The notes under the pieces: generated by a model
Databases searched by the model: none
Told to the model about the DNA's origin: nothing
What the model saw: the letters and a program-made list of their open reading frames with translations, nothing else
Part shown: piece after piece, positions 40,030 through 53,935 of the stretch
Layout: every line of letters begins with the position of its first letter
How positions within the stretch are numbered: position 1 is the first letter of the stretch
Position numbers and translations under genes: made by a program
Source of the DNA: Eledone cirrhosa
Lineage: Eukaryota
Direction: 5' to 3'
DNA: 64,000 bases
NCBI GenBank assembly: GCA_964016885.1
Contig: OZ024743.1
Location: 20,150,001 to 20,214,000, forward strand

Positions 40030-41347
40030 ATAGGATCAGGGTTACTGCGAGGACTAGTTGAAACAACATTATTAGAAGAAGCCAAAACCCCATTGAGTCT
40101 CCTTCTGTTTCTACCTTTAGTATATCTACTGTAATCTTGAATCATATCAATAGGATTAGGGTTACTACCAGGATCAGTTGAAACAACACTATTAGAATTA
40201 GTAAAAACATTACCACTGGGTGAGCGATCAGAGTGCCTAACTTGTTCCCTAGAACTAATCCCGAAAAGTGTACCATTAGACTCACTATTACGATAACGGT
40301 AGCTTAACCTATGGATGGGTTCGGTTACACCTATGGGATTTCTACGATTCTTATGCTTTCTACTCCCATTCATGGCCATATTATGGGAAATTACGTTATT
40401 ATTATTATGGATAAACGGAGACTTTCTAAGGTTGTTCTCATTATAACGTATTTTACCAGAGTAACCAGAGTTAGCTAGGGCATTATTATAGTACTCTGCA
40501 TGTGAATTAAATATTCCTATATCCTTAGAGAGTGTGGAAATTCTATTAGATACACCGTTAATTATAGAGCTAATCATAGATTTGGGGTGGTTAGAATTGG
40601 GATTAACATAAGAGAGTATTTCATTTGGCTTATGGAAGGGTTTATAACTATTAGTGACCAAGTCCAAAGTCACATCTAAAAAGTTGACCGCTCTATCATT
40701 TCTATCAATCGTGATCGAAAGGTTAAAACTTTTTAAACATTTATAAAGTTTCTTCCTATTATGCTCAATATTGTTGGTGCTAGAGTTTATCACAAACAAT
40801 GCATCGTCACGATAAAGTCCGCCTTTAAGGTGCGGAAAGGTAACATACAGTTCATTTAGGAGGAACAGCCCAACAAGATCAGTTACCTGGGCCGAATCAC
40901 TCGAACCCATTGTAACGTCGAAATTGTTGGGTGTGTTTTTACGCGTCCAAAGTGTATCCTCAAATTTGATGATAGTCCTACGGGCTGCTAGTATAACATC
41001 AATCTGCGGTCGTGTAAGGCTAGACACTCGCATGGCCATAATTAAGGCTTTATTAAGGAGGATAGATGAAATCGACGTGTAATAGGCATCAATATCAAAC
41101 TGGATAAACCTACTAGACCCAAGTTTATTAATACCAGAGAACCAATCTATAACATCCTTAGTGTTCCCCCATAGATTAAAATGAACCTTTTCCCTAACAG
41201 CTGGTATAATCAGGTCAAGGATTTTCTTACTAATAATAGCTATATCAGACTTAGAAGGACTAATGAGTCTAACAGAAGGATTACTAATGAAGTCTACCTT
41301 ATGATCCTTAAGAGTGAATCTCGGTTCCCTAGGTCTTTCTTTTCTAT
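40030..41347 (-). CDS. Penelope-like element reverse transcriptase (inverted, truncated fragment)
   Basis: The frame stays open upstream of the listed ATG: RFTLKDHKVDFISNPSVRLISPSKSDI...NLWGNTKDVIDWF...FIQFDIDAYYTSIS, then FDVTMGSSDSAQVTDLVG, GGLYRDDALF, VNFLDVTLDL and YVNPNSNHP. Confidence 0.9.
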
Positions 41348-42062
41348 CTTAGAGAAAAAATTTCCCCCTACTAATAAATACCATGGTATTTTTAATAAAA
41401 ATGTAATTAAACTATCATTCTCTACCACCCCTAATATTAGTTCTCATTTAGCTAGCACTAACAATAAGAAAATTAGGGACAGCTACTCCTCTTTGCGTAC
41501 TACTAATCTTGATAGATCCATTAATGCCTTACCACCTGAGCAGACCTTATCTTATAATAACTCTAGAAATGATGCATCACTTATTCAGCCGGTTAATAGC
41601 ACCAGGAAGTGTAACTGTAGAGTAAGTATTAACTGCCCTTTAAATGGTCACTGCTTCTCTAGGAACATTGTTTATGCTTGTGAAGTTAAGACTGATTCTT
41701 CTAATAGCACGTATATAGGCTCCACATCAAATACTTTTAAAACTAGGTTTAATTCTCATATCTCTAATTTTAAGCATGTTAAATTTAAGAACTCTACTTC
41801 TTTAGCACACCATATCTGGGATCTTAAAGGGGCTGGCATGCCATATAGCCTTAATTGGCGTATAGTAGCACGCTCTAATAACCTATCAACACACACTAAA
41901 TTCTGTAATCTCTGTATCCTAGAGACCCACTCTATAATTTTCTCTAGGAAAGTTTTGCTTAATAGAAAGTCTGAGATATTTTCTTCCTGACCCCATGCCA
42001 TTTCTAATTCTTTCTTCTATTATAGACCTAAAAGTTCTGGTAGTTTAAATCGTATCCATTAG
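41335..42062 (+). CDS. Penelope-like element linker, Cys motif and GIY-YIG endonuclease (in-frame TGA at 41988-41990)
   Basis: FFSILEKKFP...IFNKNVIKLSFS, CNCRVSINCPLNGHC, NIVY...YIGST..TFKTRFNSH, SLAHHIW, CNLCILE and LLNRKSEIFSS*PH. The frame continues to TAG at 42060-42062. Confidence 0.9.
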
Positions 42063-43531
42063 CTGCTATATTTCCTTATCTTTTTTGTTTAGGTTCATTT
42101 TGATTACCATCATCTTTATTATTATTAGTTTTTTTACAACTTTTCGATTTTAGTTTCCATAGTCTTTTGGCTACCATACCCTATCTATCGTCTTAAGCAT
42201 TATTATAGTTTCACTACTAACACCTTATGGGTTTATATCTTATTAAATACTTTGGTTGGAGTCTCATTCAACTAATGTACCTCCTCCTCTACACACTTAA
42301 TATCCGCCCCTTCTATTATACTATTTATAAATTTCACCTTTATGCTCCCTTTATGATATTATATAATATATGAATTTACTTTTATGCTCCTTCCTATCCT
42401 CCATAACCTCTCTTCTTTCTGTTCCCATTGGTCTACCATAGTTCTATTTAGAGTCCTTTTATTTGATAACGTTATTCGAATGAACGAAACATATTTTACT
42501 CTATTCTTGATAATTTTATTGAGATATCTTAAACTTATAAGGTTTTGATGACTTAAACCCTAGCTAATTTTGAAGTAACTAAATATGTATTTTAAATACT
42601 TTTAATATTAATTAATTTAATAAGGTTTTCTAGTCAACTCTCTGGTCTACATTTCTATCTTTTTTCTTTTACTTAACCGCTCGTAAAACCTAAGTAAATA
42701 TACTTGTTTTTGTTTTTCGATCTTCGGTTTATTTTATTTATTATTTTACTACACACGCTGTTTGTCTGACCATGTAATTTCATTAATATATGTCTGTATG
42801 TCAACCACGTAAATATATTTTGTGATATTTTGGTAATATTTATGCCAATGTATAATGACTTGACCTCCGTGTATTTGTTACAATGGTATAGATATGTTTT
42901 CAACACTATTTAGTTCTATATGATTTTTTCTTACCCTGTGTAAAACTTTTTACTATTTGTTAACCTTGAATTATTAATGTAATATTGTATATCTTTTGAT
43001 GCCAATATATTATAATATTGTTATTATAATGTTATTATAATGTTTCTATATTGTTTATGCACACTGACAGGGAATTATATATTATATTTTATTTTTATTT
43101 TTATCTTTATTCTTATTTTTATCCTTATTATATTATACTGTAAACAATATATATATATATGTATTTAAATACTTAATAAGTGTTAGTTTGTGTTTGTACT
43201 AATGTGTATATGTATTGAGATATATATATATATATATAAATATATTAAGCTTTTTATTATCACCATCTATTATATTATATTATATTCTATATCGTACTGT
43301 AATTCTCGCATTATATTACCATTTGTGTTTCAAATTTTTTGCATTATATAATTGCAATGTGGGTTCAACATGTTAATCACTTCCTTGCTATTTGGTCCAT
43401 ATCTATGTTTGTAACTGATCACTCTTAATCTTAGCCAACTTTTCCTTAATATCTTTCCTAAGCTTTAATAGATGTATACTCCATATTCTTCTGAGTTTTT
43501 GGCTTGTATTGGCCGATAGTGCTTCTTGTAG

Positions 43532-43585
43532 CTTTACTTGCCCTGATGAGTCCTTAATAGGACGAAACATTGTTGGCTAATAAAG
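43532..43585 (+). ncRNA. Minimal type I hammerhead ribozyme at the PLE 3' end
   Basis: Stem I CTTTA-CTT-GCC/GGC-TAA-TAAAG, core CTGATGA, stem II GTCCT-TAAT-AGGAC, GAAA and stem III AC-ATT-GT. Cleavage triplet GUU, predicted cut after 43574. AATAAA overlaps the 3' arm. Confidence 0.85.
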
Positions 43586-43727
43586 ACTTTTGATGTATTG
43601 AAGGCTTCTTTGGTTTATTTTTTTATAATTCTTCGGCTCTGTTTAATTACATTGAGCTATATCTTATACTGTCATTTCTATAATATGAAGAGTGTGTTTA
43701 ACTCCAACACACTCTAGTATTTTAATT

Positions 43728-43729
<2 letters not shown>

Positions 43730-43786
<57 letters not shown>
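43730..43786. repeat. (TA)n microsatellite, right flank of the Penelope-like insertion
   Basis: About 55 bp TA run. Confidence 0.95.
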
Positions 43787-45139
43787 CTCTGAAAATGAAC
43801 AAGAGAGAGATTTTAATAATTTCCCTAAGTTGCTGAAATTAACCATGTGCAATAGCTATCAAATTCATATTTGGGAAACATATGAAAAAAAATGTAGTAG
43901 AAATGTTAAAACAAAGAATAATGTTTAGCAATTTACATGATATATTATAATGACAGAATAAGAGCCAGAATTTTTGGCAAAGATCCTATTTGGTTACATT
44001 TTCTTATAAAAGCCCATTCTCATAACTATGTCCGATGAAACCATTGTGAAATAGGAAAAGAATAATATATAAGTAAAGAAAGAGAAAAATATATGAAAAG
44101 ATGGAGATTATTTGAAAGTGTACCATCGATTTATTTCTAAGTTGATTTGGTTTAATGATATAAGATTGCTTCCGCTAATCAATGTTGAGTTGGAAGCATG
44201 TATATTTTCTTTTCTTTTTACATTATTAGTTCTAAATAAACTGATTGATGATAGCTGTGTATATTATATGGAGTTTGATTATTACTTAGAAAGGACAGCT
44301 AAAACATCTGGTTAGATTTAGTAGACTTCAAATACCATCAAACAAAGCTATTTCACAATGATGAGTTTTAATGTTATATATGCCCATGCAAGTGTACGTC
44401 AATGTATGTTTATGGCATATAAATATATACATATATATGTGTGTATGTGCAGCAAAACTGGTAACAGGTATAAACATTTTTTTGTTTGTTTGTTGTTGAG
44501 TTGCACTATTTTATCATAGCCACTCTCCTTTCTGTTCACATGACTATTTTCTCATTTTGTTTCTTCTCGGTGTATTTCACCCCAATCAGTTGTATCTGTT
44601 TCTAGCAGCCAACCTTTTCCACTCTGTGTATCCTTTACTCTGTTTGTTTTTGTCTCCATGGGTCTAACTGCTCCTCTCTGTCACATATCATGTGACTTAC
44701 ATGTTGTACATTTCATTCTATATATATTTATCCTCGCCATGTAATTTCATGTAAGTTTTGTTTTGTTTTGATCTTGTAAAGTACTCCAGGACAGTGTTTG
44801 ACAACCTTGTTGGAAACTGTGACTCTAGATGGACTGGCGATACTATTGGTAAGGGCTAAAACTGTGCTTTTATTTTCATGGTCTATTGCCACAGAGTTTT
44901 TGTACCTGTCACTAGTTTTGCAATGTTGTCGCTGATGCTACGTCTCCCTCTTCTCTTCTTTTATTGAGTTATATATATGGTATGATGCCGTAACTCCTCA
45001 TGGAGTCATAGTGGCACCATAGTAACATACAGGCAAGCTCCGTACCCCTCAGATTTCTTCCAGCGGACAGAAAGGGCGAAAGAGATGTAGAGGAAGAATG
45101 ACCCCCCGCCCCTCCCCCCAGTACTAGAATGTGGATGTT

Positions 45140-45356
45140 CGATTGGCAGTATTGGTAGAGCATTGAACATGCTTTGCAGCATAGAGCTATGGCCCCTTAC
45201 TTTCTGAGTTCAATTCCTGTCTGGGTTAGCTTTGCCTTTCATCTTTACGGGGGTCAATAAATAAAGCACCAGTAATACACTTGGGTCGATTTAATCGATT
45301 TTTCCCACCCCCCAGAAAATTGCTGACCTTGTATCTAAAGTAGAAATAATAATTAT
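45140..45356 (+). mobile_element. tRNA-derived SINE, family A (variant tail)
   Basis: GATTGGCAGTATTGGTAGAG...TTTGCCTTTCATCTTTACGGGGGTCAATAAATAAAGCACCAG. Confidence 0.8.
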
Positions 45357-48300
45357 TATTAGTTGGGTTCCTTGCTCCAGTATAAAGAAAGATTAGAAGT
45401 AGAGAATATAATACTAGTTGACCATATCAAGCATTCTGAGTTTCGATTTCTTATGGAAATTTTAAATCTGAGAAGTGGTGTAATTAAACTGAGCATTGTT
45501 TCACATCGTAAAGTAGCCTGTTTAATTTTTGCTGTGCGTTAGAGTGTGTCCATTTATAATTATGTTCCTTAATAAATTAATGATTAAAGATCACTGTGTC
45601 ATTAGTGGTGTTGGTTTAGGGAGGTTTTTTTTTACTGTGGATTACTTAAGTAAAGTGGTGCTCATATGTGTACATATGAGAGAGAAAGAGAGAGTATATG
45701 TGTGTGATATCTATGTATTTCTATATATATATACATAGACAGACAAGCAGGCAGATAGGTAAGCACCAGTATACTTGGACACACACACACACATACCTAT
45801 TCACATATATCAGTATATCAATGAATATCTTTGAAGATGTGAGTGTTTTTATGTTGTATATTCTGGAACAGGTTTGATTATTCTGTAAATAGTGTAATTT
45901 GTATTACAGTTTAAATCATCATTTCAATAATTGATATTGGACTATCAAAACATTTTCTGCAAGATTTAAGGAGACAATGAACATGAGTAGCAATTTCCTC
46001 GGATTATTTCCACATAGTAATACATATATTGAACTAACCACTTTCTTACAAGTTATTCTTGCTTTGCCTCCAGCATGAATAGTTACTCATCACACTTCAC
46101 CTAACTATTTTCATAGCCTATCATATCATAACCTACGCACATCAATTACTGACTTATTCCCAGTTCCTTTTCAACAAACTTACCTTAAATATACTTCTTG
46201 TTTGCCCACTTATTCCTGGGAGGTTCATGGGGACAGAGTCCTCAAGTGCGTCTTCCAGAGCGTCTTGTCAGAAGCAACCATCTCCAATTGATCAGGCTGG
46301 ATCCTAAGTAAGACTATCTAATCTTATGGATGTTATCCAACCATCTTGCTCATGGCTTACCTTTGTGTCTAAGTTAACGATTGCCTCTCTCCCAGTGGTC
46401 TAACAGCATACCGAACACTAAACCTCTGTGCAGTATAACTGGGATCAACAGCCAGGGAATGTGAGCAGACAAGGAAAAAGACGACTCCAAGCATAAACCC
46501 TCACTGCTTGCATGTGCCTCTGCAGAGGTGAAGGCTAAAGGAATCAACTTCAACAGTAAATCAGATTGGAAAAGAACTTGGGGCCCACCAAACCGATCAA
46601 GTCACAATGAATGGTTAGAAGAGTGGTGGTTGTGTCTGAATTTCCTGACTCCTCAACCATGGAATTGGAACCTATTCATTTATTCATATAGTTCAGTTTT
46701 TGTACAGAAAAAGAAACTATTTGTTGCTGAAAGAGATAGTGTCAGTCTGAATTTCTTTTATTTAATTATTTTCTAGCCTTTATTTTTCATGGTTTTTAGT
46801 TATGAGAAAGAGGTTGTATTCATGGCCTTTGCCGTTCCCAGCTCTCAGTTTTTATAGAGTTGCTTTTCAGTTTGTAAAACTGCAAGTTGATGCCTGTAGG
46901 AAAAGCATGGGTGAGAAGGAAATCACAAAGGGTTGATCTTCTAATGTTTCATAATTCCACCCTCATCACCATTTTCTACATCCAGTAAAATATGCAAGCA
47001 GTTTGTGTTTGTCAGTTTATCACTCACAACTCCTGGTTCTAGCTACATGAGTACATTTCGTTCTCTAAAATATATCTAAGAATTGCAACATATTGTTTGG
47101 AAATAGGGAAAAACTGAAAGAGAGAATACTTGTAGAGAGGAGTGTATGTATTTGTTTGTAATGAAACAATTTATTGCATAGCATTAAAGAAGGGGTACTT
47201 TAGGGTAGAGTTCCAATGAGGTAACTTGTAATTTCAGCTTTATATAATATCATAAGAGATAAGAAAGGCTTTGAAAGTATAATGGAATAGAAGCAGCAGA
47301 AATAAATTTCCCCACCCCCAAAGAAAAAGAAGTTAGCTTACAAAAATCAATAGATAAGTTCTAAGTTATAAAACAATAAGAACACATTAGATATAAGATA
47401 GTTCCATAGAGAGCCATACTGAGAAATAAAGAGATTGTTGTCTTTATTGGAAGTAGATTATTTCTATTTCTCTGCTACTTCTTTGTCACTTAGTGACAAT
47501 TGCATGCTACTCTTGTTTTATTGCCATAAAAGACAAATATGTTCATGTTCTTTTAAACACACTTCACTGACATTTCAATTTCTATGGACTTGCTGTTTCA
47601 CAATTCAAAATAATTTGTGTTATCCTTGAATATTATTAGTAAACAATGTTTTCTTGTTTGTGCTTTTCAATATGAAACTGTTTGCTACAATATATTTTTA
47701 GAGAAATGTAACTTACAACTCCTCAAGTTACTCATAAAGCTTACTTATTTCCGCTAATATTGTAATTTGAGAGAACAACCATAGACCATGTATTCTGTTT
47801 CATAAGTATAAAATTGACCAAATTTATTGACAATAACAACGGCAACAATTAAAGTAGTGTTTATAAATATATTGTAGTTTAGACTGTCGTTTTCATTATG
47901 CTCTCCACTAAAGTTAACTCATATTTTAGTGAATACTGTATTGACAAACCTGTACCCACTTAAGACTCTCCTCTTCAATATACAACAGTAATGAACTATG
48001 GCAATAAATAAACAATTGTTCAATAAACTGATATATTCTTATGGTCAATGTTCTCTATACAATTGTTGCATTTTGCTCTTTTAGTATGAAGCTAGCTATA
48101 TCTGTAAGAACATAATAAATACTATTTTCATTTTTGATAAACAAGTTTTGAAATTATGCTATGGATTTTCATCGTTTGCTGTTTCCTCGGTAGATATGAT
48201 TTAATATATATTAGACATTTCCAAGTTAGTCTTCATTTTATATCACCTGCTTATTCTAAAGAAAATTGTCTTAATATTTCTATACAAAATATGAAGTTTA

Positions 48301-49357
48301 GACTGGAGGTTAAATCTATATCTATCCTTTAAACTGGGATTGAATTTTCCAACTTAGTTTGAAATCATGATTGACATTCGTTAGATTTTAAGTGTCACTG
48401 ATGGAAATTGTAATTTGTATTTATTGACATATAATATCACACATAACTTATTTGCTTTCTTGCCAACAAATTTCTAGACTACACAAAATCCAGTAAATAC
48501 ATTGATCCTTGAGAATATTCCATGCCACTATAAACTAATACAAATGATTTCTGGTTAAAAGTTTAGATAATATAAAGTTGGATGAAATGCTAAGCTTATC
48601 TTTTGTGCTGTATTAATTTGTATTAATTTAATCAGCTTGAAAACAAAATGAGTGTCATTACAAGCTTTGCATATTTTCATTGAATAAATCATTTTATTGG
48701 ATATTCTTTACACAGTATGCTTAATGTATTACCTCAGTATTAAGGCTAGAATCATAGTACAAAATCCATATGGGATTTAGGCCGAAAATACAGAAACTAT
48801 GGCAAAATAAATATTCTAAAAGTAATATTAAGCATTATCTATATTTTTTATATATAACACATAATAAATGCACATAAATCAACATTTCTAATCATCAGTT
48901 AGCTTTTATAGTTTAGCCCTTAATGTTTTCAAAAGAAAATATAGTTGCTAACAAAAAGAATTGCTTTTTTGTTAGTGCCCATATGCTTATTTAACTGCAT
49001 TTATAATAAATTATTTTATGAAATTCTTATCGATACTGCTTAATGTCAGTTTTACAATATTAATTTTTTTCAAGTTTGTTTAAGTTTGGTCTATTTGATC
49101 AGAGAACCTTCATTATACATATAATGTAATACTTGAAAAATACCATAAACTAAGACTTCATAAGATGTAAGAGGCACTGAAACAAGAGATATCTTGTTTT
49201 ATAATAAACAAGGAATATCTTGTTTTATAATAACTAAACCTCTAAAAATTCACATCTCATTAAAGATAAGGGATAGAATGTATTTAGTAAAAACTAGACA
49301 AGCTCTTTTTAGGAAAAGTCCTAAACAGTAACATATATAATGTTTGAACAACTAGAT

Positions 49358-49498
49358 CAGAGGTTCTCAAACATTTGATATTCAATATGTTATTATATCA
49401 TCTCTACCCCCCTTGCCACCCCGCCTAAGGCCCTAGCGACCCCTGGACCTTCTCAACACCTTCCTGGAGGGTGGTAGCACCTACTTTGAGAACCTCTG
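49358..49498. mobile_element. hAT (Charlie-like) MITE, 141 bp
   Basis: Perfect TIRs CAGAGGTTCTCAAA/TTTGAGAACCTCTG and perfect 8-bp TSD AACTAGAT (49350-49357 and 49499-49506). Confidence 0.9.
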
Positions 49499-49860
49499 AA
49501 CTAGATGTTCATTTTACTGTGATATAGTTTATACACATTGTATGACCCATCCAACCCCTGCCAGCATGGAAAGCAAAGGTAAAATGATGATGATGATAAT
49601 ATGTGATATAGTCAGTTAAATAATTTTTTCAAATAATTACAAAGTTGAAACTGTATGAATCTTCAAGATCAAAATTCAAGAAAACCCGATTGTATCTGAA
49701 ACCATGAAGTAAAGATTCATAGGACAATTACTGTGTCTAAATCAAAACTCTGCATCATTACACTGTAAGGTTTGAGACAAAATATCATAATCATCTGCAT
49801 CATCATCATCAATCATTGTCATCATCACCACCACCACCACTACTATCATCAGCAATCATC

Positions 49861-49894
<34 letters not shown>

Positions 49895-51704
49895 TTTAAC
49901 ATCTATTTTGTTCCTGCCAAATCAAGAATGCCATTGCAGATTTCAGTCGCAGCAAATTTCTATTTAGTGAATTATAAAATTGATATTGTCTTCTCTGATG
50001 AAATAAATGATTTTCTCAAAATCTAGTATTAGATATGAGAAATGAAGTATTGTGTTCAATTCTTCCATGATCATAGCCTAATATAGATAGAAACACAAAT
50101 GATAAAGTTAATGAGCCAATCAGTTTGAGATTTGAAGGAGGCTTCAAATAGCAATTCTAATAACATTGTGCATGTCATCTAATTTGAAATTCTACATTGT
50201 CACAGTGCAATAGCATTTTGTTCTGATAAAATGACAGTCTGATAAGATGCCACATCTTATAAGATCACTACACCAGATATATTTCAGTAAATACCTTACG
50301 ATGCGAAAAACACACTTTCATCTTTCCTGATAAGAGAAAAAATTAGGAAATGCAAATTTAGCGTAATGAAAAAGTTTTAGATAATAAATATTTTGAAATT
50401 TTTAAGTATTTTTTTTCATTTTCATAAATTCGCCAGTAGTAATATGAAAGAATATATAGTTTGTTCTTTTTTCCTCAATCACATACATTTTAACATTATG
50501 CATTGAGATGGGAATCTACATAAAGATTATAGAAAATATAAATTCAACTAAAAAACAAAAAAAACAAAGAGCAAACTACCTTTATTCTATTATTATATCA
50601 AAATAGAAAAAATATATTCTCTACTTATCGATAAATTAATTTGGCTGTGACAAGCCTGAGCAAGAACAACAAAATTAATGGTACATATAAAATTTCAAGA
50701 TCAAAAATATTATTTAAAAAATAATGAATAATTGATTACAGAAATGAAAACACTTTATAAAGCTTGTTAATGAAGTATATATATGTGTGTATACATCATC
50801 ATCATCATCACCACATCCATTTTTCCATGCTTGCATGTGTAAGATGGGTCTTTTCCTGCATAATCTCTCTATATATATATACATATATAGATATATGTTG
50901 TACTGGAAAAGAACTGCCTTCCAGCATAAAATGCGACCTGAACCATTCCGTGCCTCCCTCCATAAGTACTTCTTAGTAGTTATCCTCACAACTACTGTAC
51001 CTCAACTATCACTCTTTAGAACCTATTATCATCATCACTGCATAGACCCTCTAAAATATTGATATGCTGGTGAGTATCCCTTACTCATCACACTCACATC
51101 ATACAGCCGCAACATCATATATATCATTCTTGCCCCCTCACAATTGAGCAGAGAGGGCTCTTCAGTTGAGATAATGAACAACAAACTATCAAGTACTTAT
51201 GCCATGAAATGCACCCAGTACAATCTATCAAGAAGTTGGTGATAGGATGGGCACCTTGCTTTTGAAACGTTGCCAAAATGTGTTGAGAGGACCCATCAGT
51301 TTTGCCTAAGGCATGACAACTTCTCTAGTATTGGTAATCTACACAATAAAGCACTCTTTACACTCTGTAAAGTGGTTGGTAATAGGATGGGTGTCCAGCC
51401 ATAGAAAACCTGTCAAACAAAGGGTCAAGAGAACCTTTCAGCTGTGTCAAGGACATAACAATCTCCCAAGTGCTGTTGTCTTGATAAAATGTACTCAGTA
51501 GAGTGCAGAATCATATGTGGGATACAGCCCCCCCCCCCCCCCTCCCTCCTCCCCCAGTGTATTTGAGAAGTCAGTAGCCCCACTTGATTACTGATTTAGA
51601 CTATGAACACTTGTCCAACCCTTGCTATATATGTCTGTACAAACAAGTGAAAACTACAGATGTAGATGTGTGTCCATACAAGTGTGCTTGTGTAATATAC
51701 ATGT

Positions 51705-51935
51705 TTAACCCTTTCGCATTTAAACTGGCCATATCTGGTCAGAATTCTGTCACCTCTTTCTGTTCAAACTGGCCGTAACCAGCCACTTATACTGATGTTA
51801 AGGTATTGTTCTCAAAATAAATGATATCAAAATCTCGTAGATTTGATATTATAGGTGAGATACATATATGAGATGAAGCATTTACTGTGAAAATATAATA
51901 GTAAATATAGAGTAATGTAAATACTAAAGTGTTAA
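51705..51935 (+). mobile_element. piggyBac-like MITE copy
   Basis: TTAACCCTTTCGCATTTAAACTGGCC...AAATACTAAAGTGTTAA, colinear with 2876-3086. Confidence 0.7.
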
Positions 51936-53935
51936 TGAGCACATATATATACTAATATAAGTTTCAGCTACCACAAGCTTTAAATGAGCAATAAGTTAAC
52001 ATAACTCATTGTAAAAAGTTGCCACTATGACTGTGACTGCACAAAACTATCAGTCATTGTAGCTGTTTAAATACATTACTGGGATTGAATTCTTATGACT
52101 GCTGAGCTGGTTGTTGTTCTGGCTCACTAATTGAAGTTGTATGACCATTGAGCTAGTTACTGTTCTATATGCTGGTCTGAGCTTATTGTAAAAGCAAGTA
52201 TCTGAGTTGTTTATAAAACCTATTCAACACTGTATTACTGATAGTGCATAGCTAGCCTGCTGTCTGTGTCACCACTACTACTGCAAGAGATTAGATATGC
52301 CAGTTATTATAACTTGACACTAAACACTGACTGATTGTTAGAAATATCTGATGTAGTACTGCTGCTACATCTTTTACTATATTGGCTGCTGCTACTATTG
52401 CCAATACAGATGTATGCTAAGTGATTAGTTAAAAATAATAGATTCAGTCAATTAAGCTACAAATCACATTTATGGGAGTGAGTTCATATTGTTGGTTTGC
52501 CACAAATATAGACCTCCCTTTAACATGGGAGGTTTTCTAGAAGATTATATATATGGGTATAATTGAACTTTACAAAGTATTTTGGGGTTAAAGAACAAAA
52601 TAAATTTACCTTGAGGAAATTAATTTCCATGAATTGCTTCTCATTTCAGTCATATTCTAGAAAGAGCATTAAATTTTCAAAATATTTTTATATTAACATT
52701 TAAACATATTATTATAAATTGTTTTGGACTTTAAAAATAAATTTAATTAATCTGAAATCCTAATCTTAGATAAATATAAATAGTCAAAGGCTACAGGCAT
52801 GTTAGGTAAAACTTAATAGTTTCGAGTAGTTGAATACAAATGAAGAAGGAAAAAAAGAAAATTAAACTTCAGGATTTTAACTATGGTCTCAGAGTTTGAA
52901 TTTAATTTAACATCATTGAGTTTTTCATAAATATTCAACAGAAAATGTTAATGCACTCAAAGTAAATTACAACAGTTAATGAATAATTTTTAAAGATAAG
53001 ACTAGATTTAATAAGGAAGACTTAATGTGGTTTTAAATTTAACAGGAGGCAAAACACTATTACAACTTATATAAACATCTGTTCAATTAATTCTTAAATA
53101 GAGAAGACCAAGGTTTCAAGTTTGTTATAGAATCTAAATGAAAAATACTTCTGATTTTCTTACTGTACAAAGTTCTCCTAACTGTACTCTCATTTTGTTG
53201 TTGTTGTTGCTTAGCTTCAGGTCAATCCTGATTAAAGGAACCTATGATCAAGTGTTTTTAAGTTCTGACCAATGTGCGATTTTATGGATATCTAATATAT
53301 TTTTCTCTTTTATGATGGAAAGGGGTTAATATCAAAACCATCAATAATGGTGGTTTGGGGAAAATTGGAAACATTGCTTTCCAGGATTTAATGCTGTTTC
53401 TAGCTTGTGAGATCATATCCTGCCAATGTCATACAGAGTATTGCTCTTTATTAAAGTTTTCAATGACAGCATATGAACAGGGTTGGAAGTAATAGAAGTT
53501 TGAAAATCCATACTAGGGATAGGAGAAATTACAATACAACAATATTTAATCTTTTATAGAGAATTGATGTATATAGGATGTTTTAAAGTTAGACTCTGTC
53601 TCAAGCCTAGCGGCTCATCAGATTAGTGTTGGTCCTGGTTTCATTGGCATACGCGATTCTCTCTTGGAATAAACACAAGTTCATTGCAGAGTCAACCACT
53701 AGCTACTGCTGGTACTCATTTTCAGCTGTGAACAAAGTGAAATGAAATGTTTTGCTCAAGATACAACATGCTACCTAGTTCAAGAATATGTACAAGAATT
53801 TATATTCTGGTTAAGAGTATATGGAGAACTATGTTTATTAGTCCAACAAATAAAATACCATATATCTTCAGCCATAATCATTTGTATGAAAGAAGTGTGC
53901 TTGGAAGTGTCACTACGAAAGGCTACTAAATGAGC

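Noticed and set aside
41181-41335. Predicted ATG start and N-terminus of the 269-aa GIY-YIG ORF
   Set aside because: This stretch is the antisense of the inverted RT. Real plus-strand homology begins near 41335.
42465-42590. TTGATAA...CGAAAC and ATGA...TGAAG motifs as additional hammerheads or a SECIS
   Set aside because: Core nucleotides and helices are incomplete and plausible by chance in AT-rich DNA.
43507-43582. Type III hammerhead topology using the upstream TATTGGCCGATAGTG arm as stem III
   Set aside because: It gives GC instead of the required NUH site and no stem I. The type I fold satisfies all core rules.
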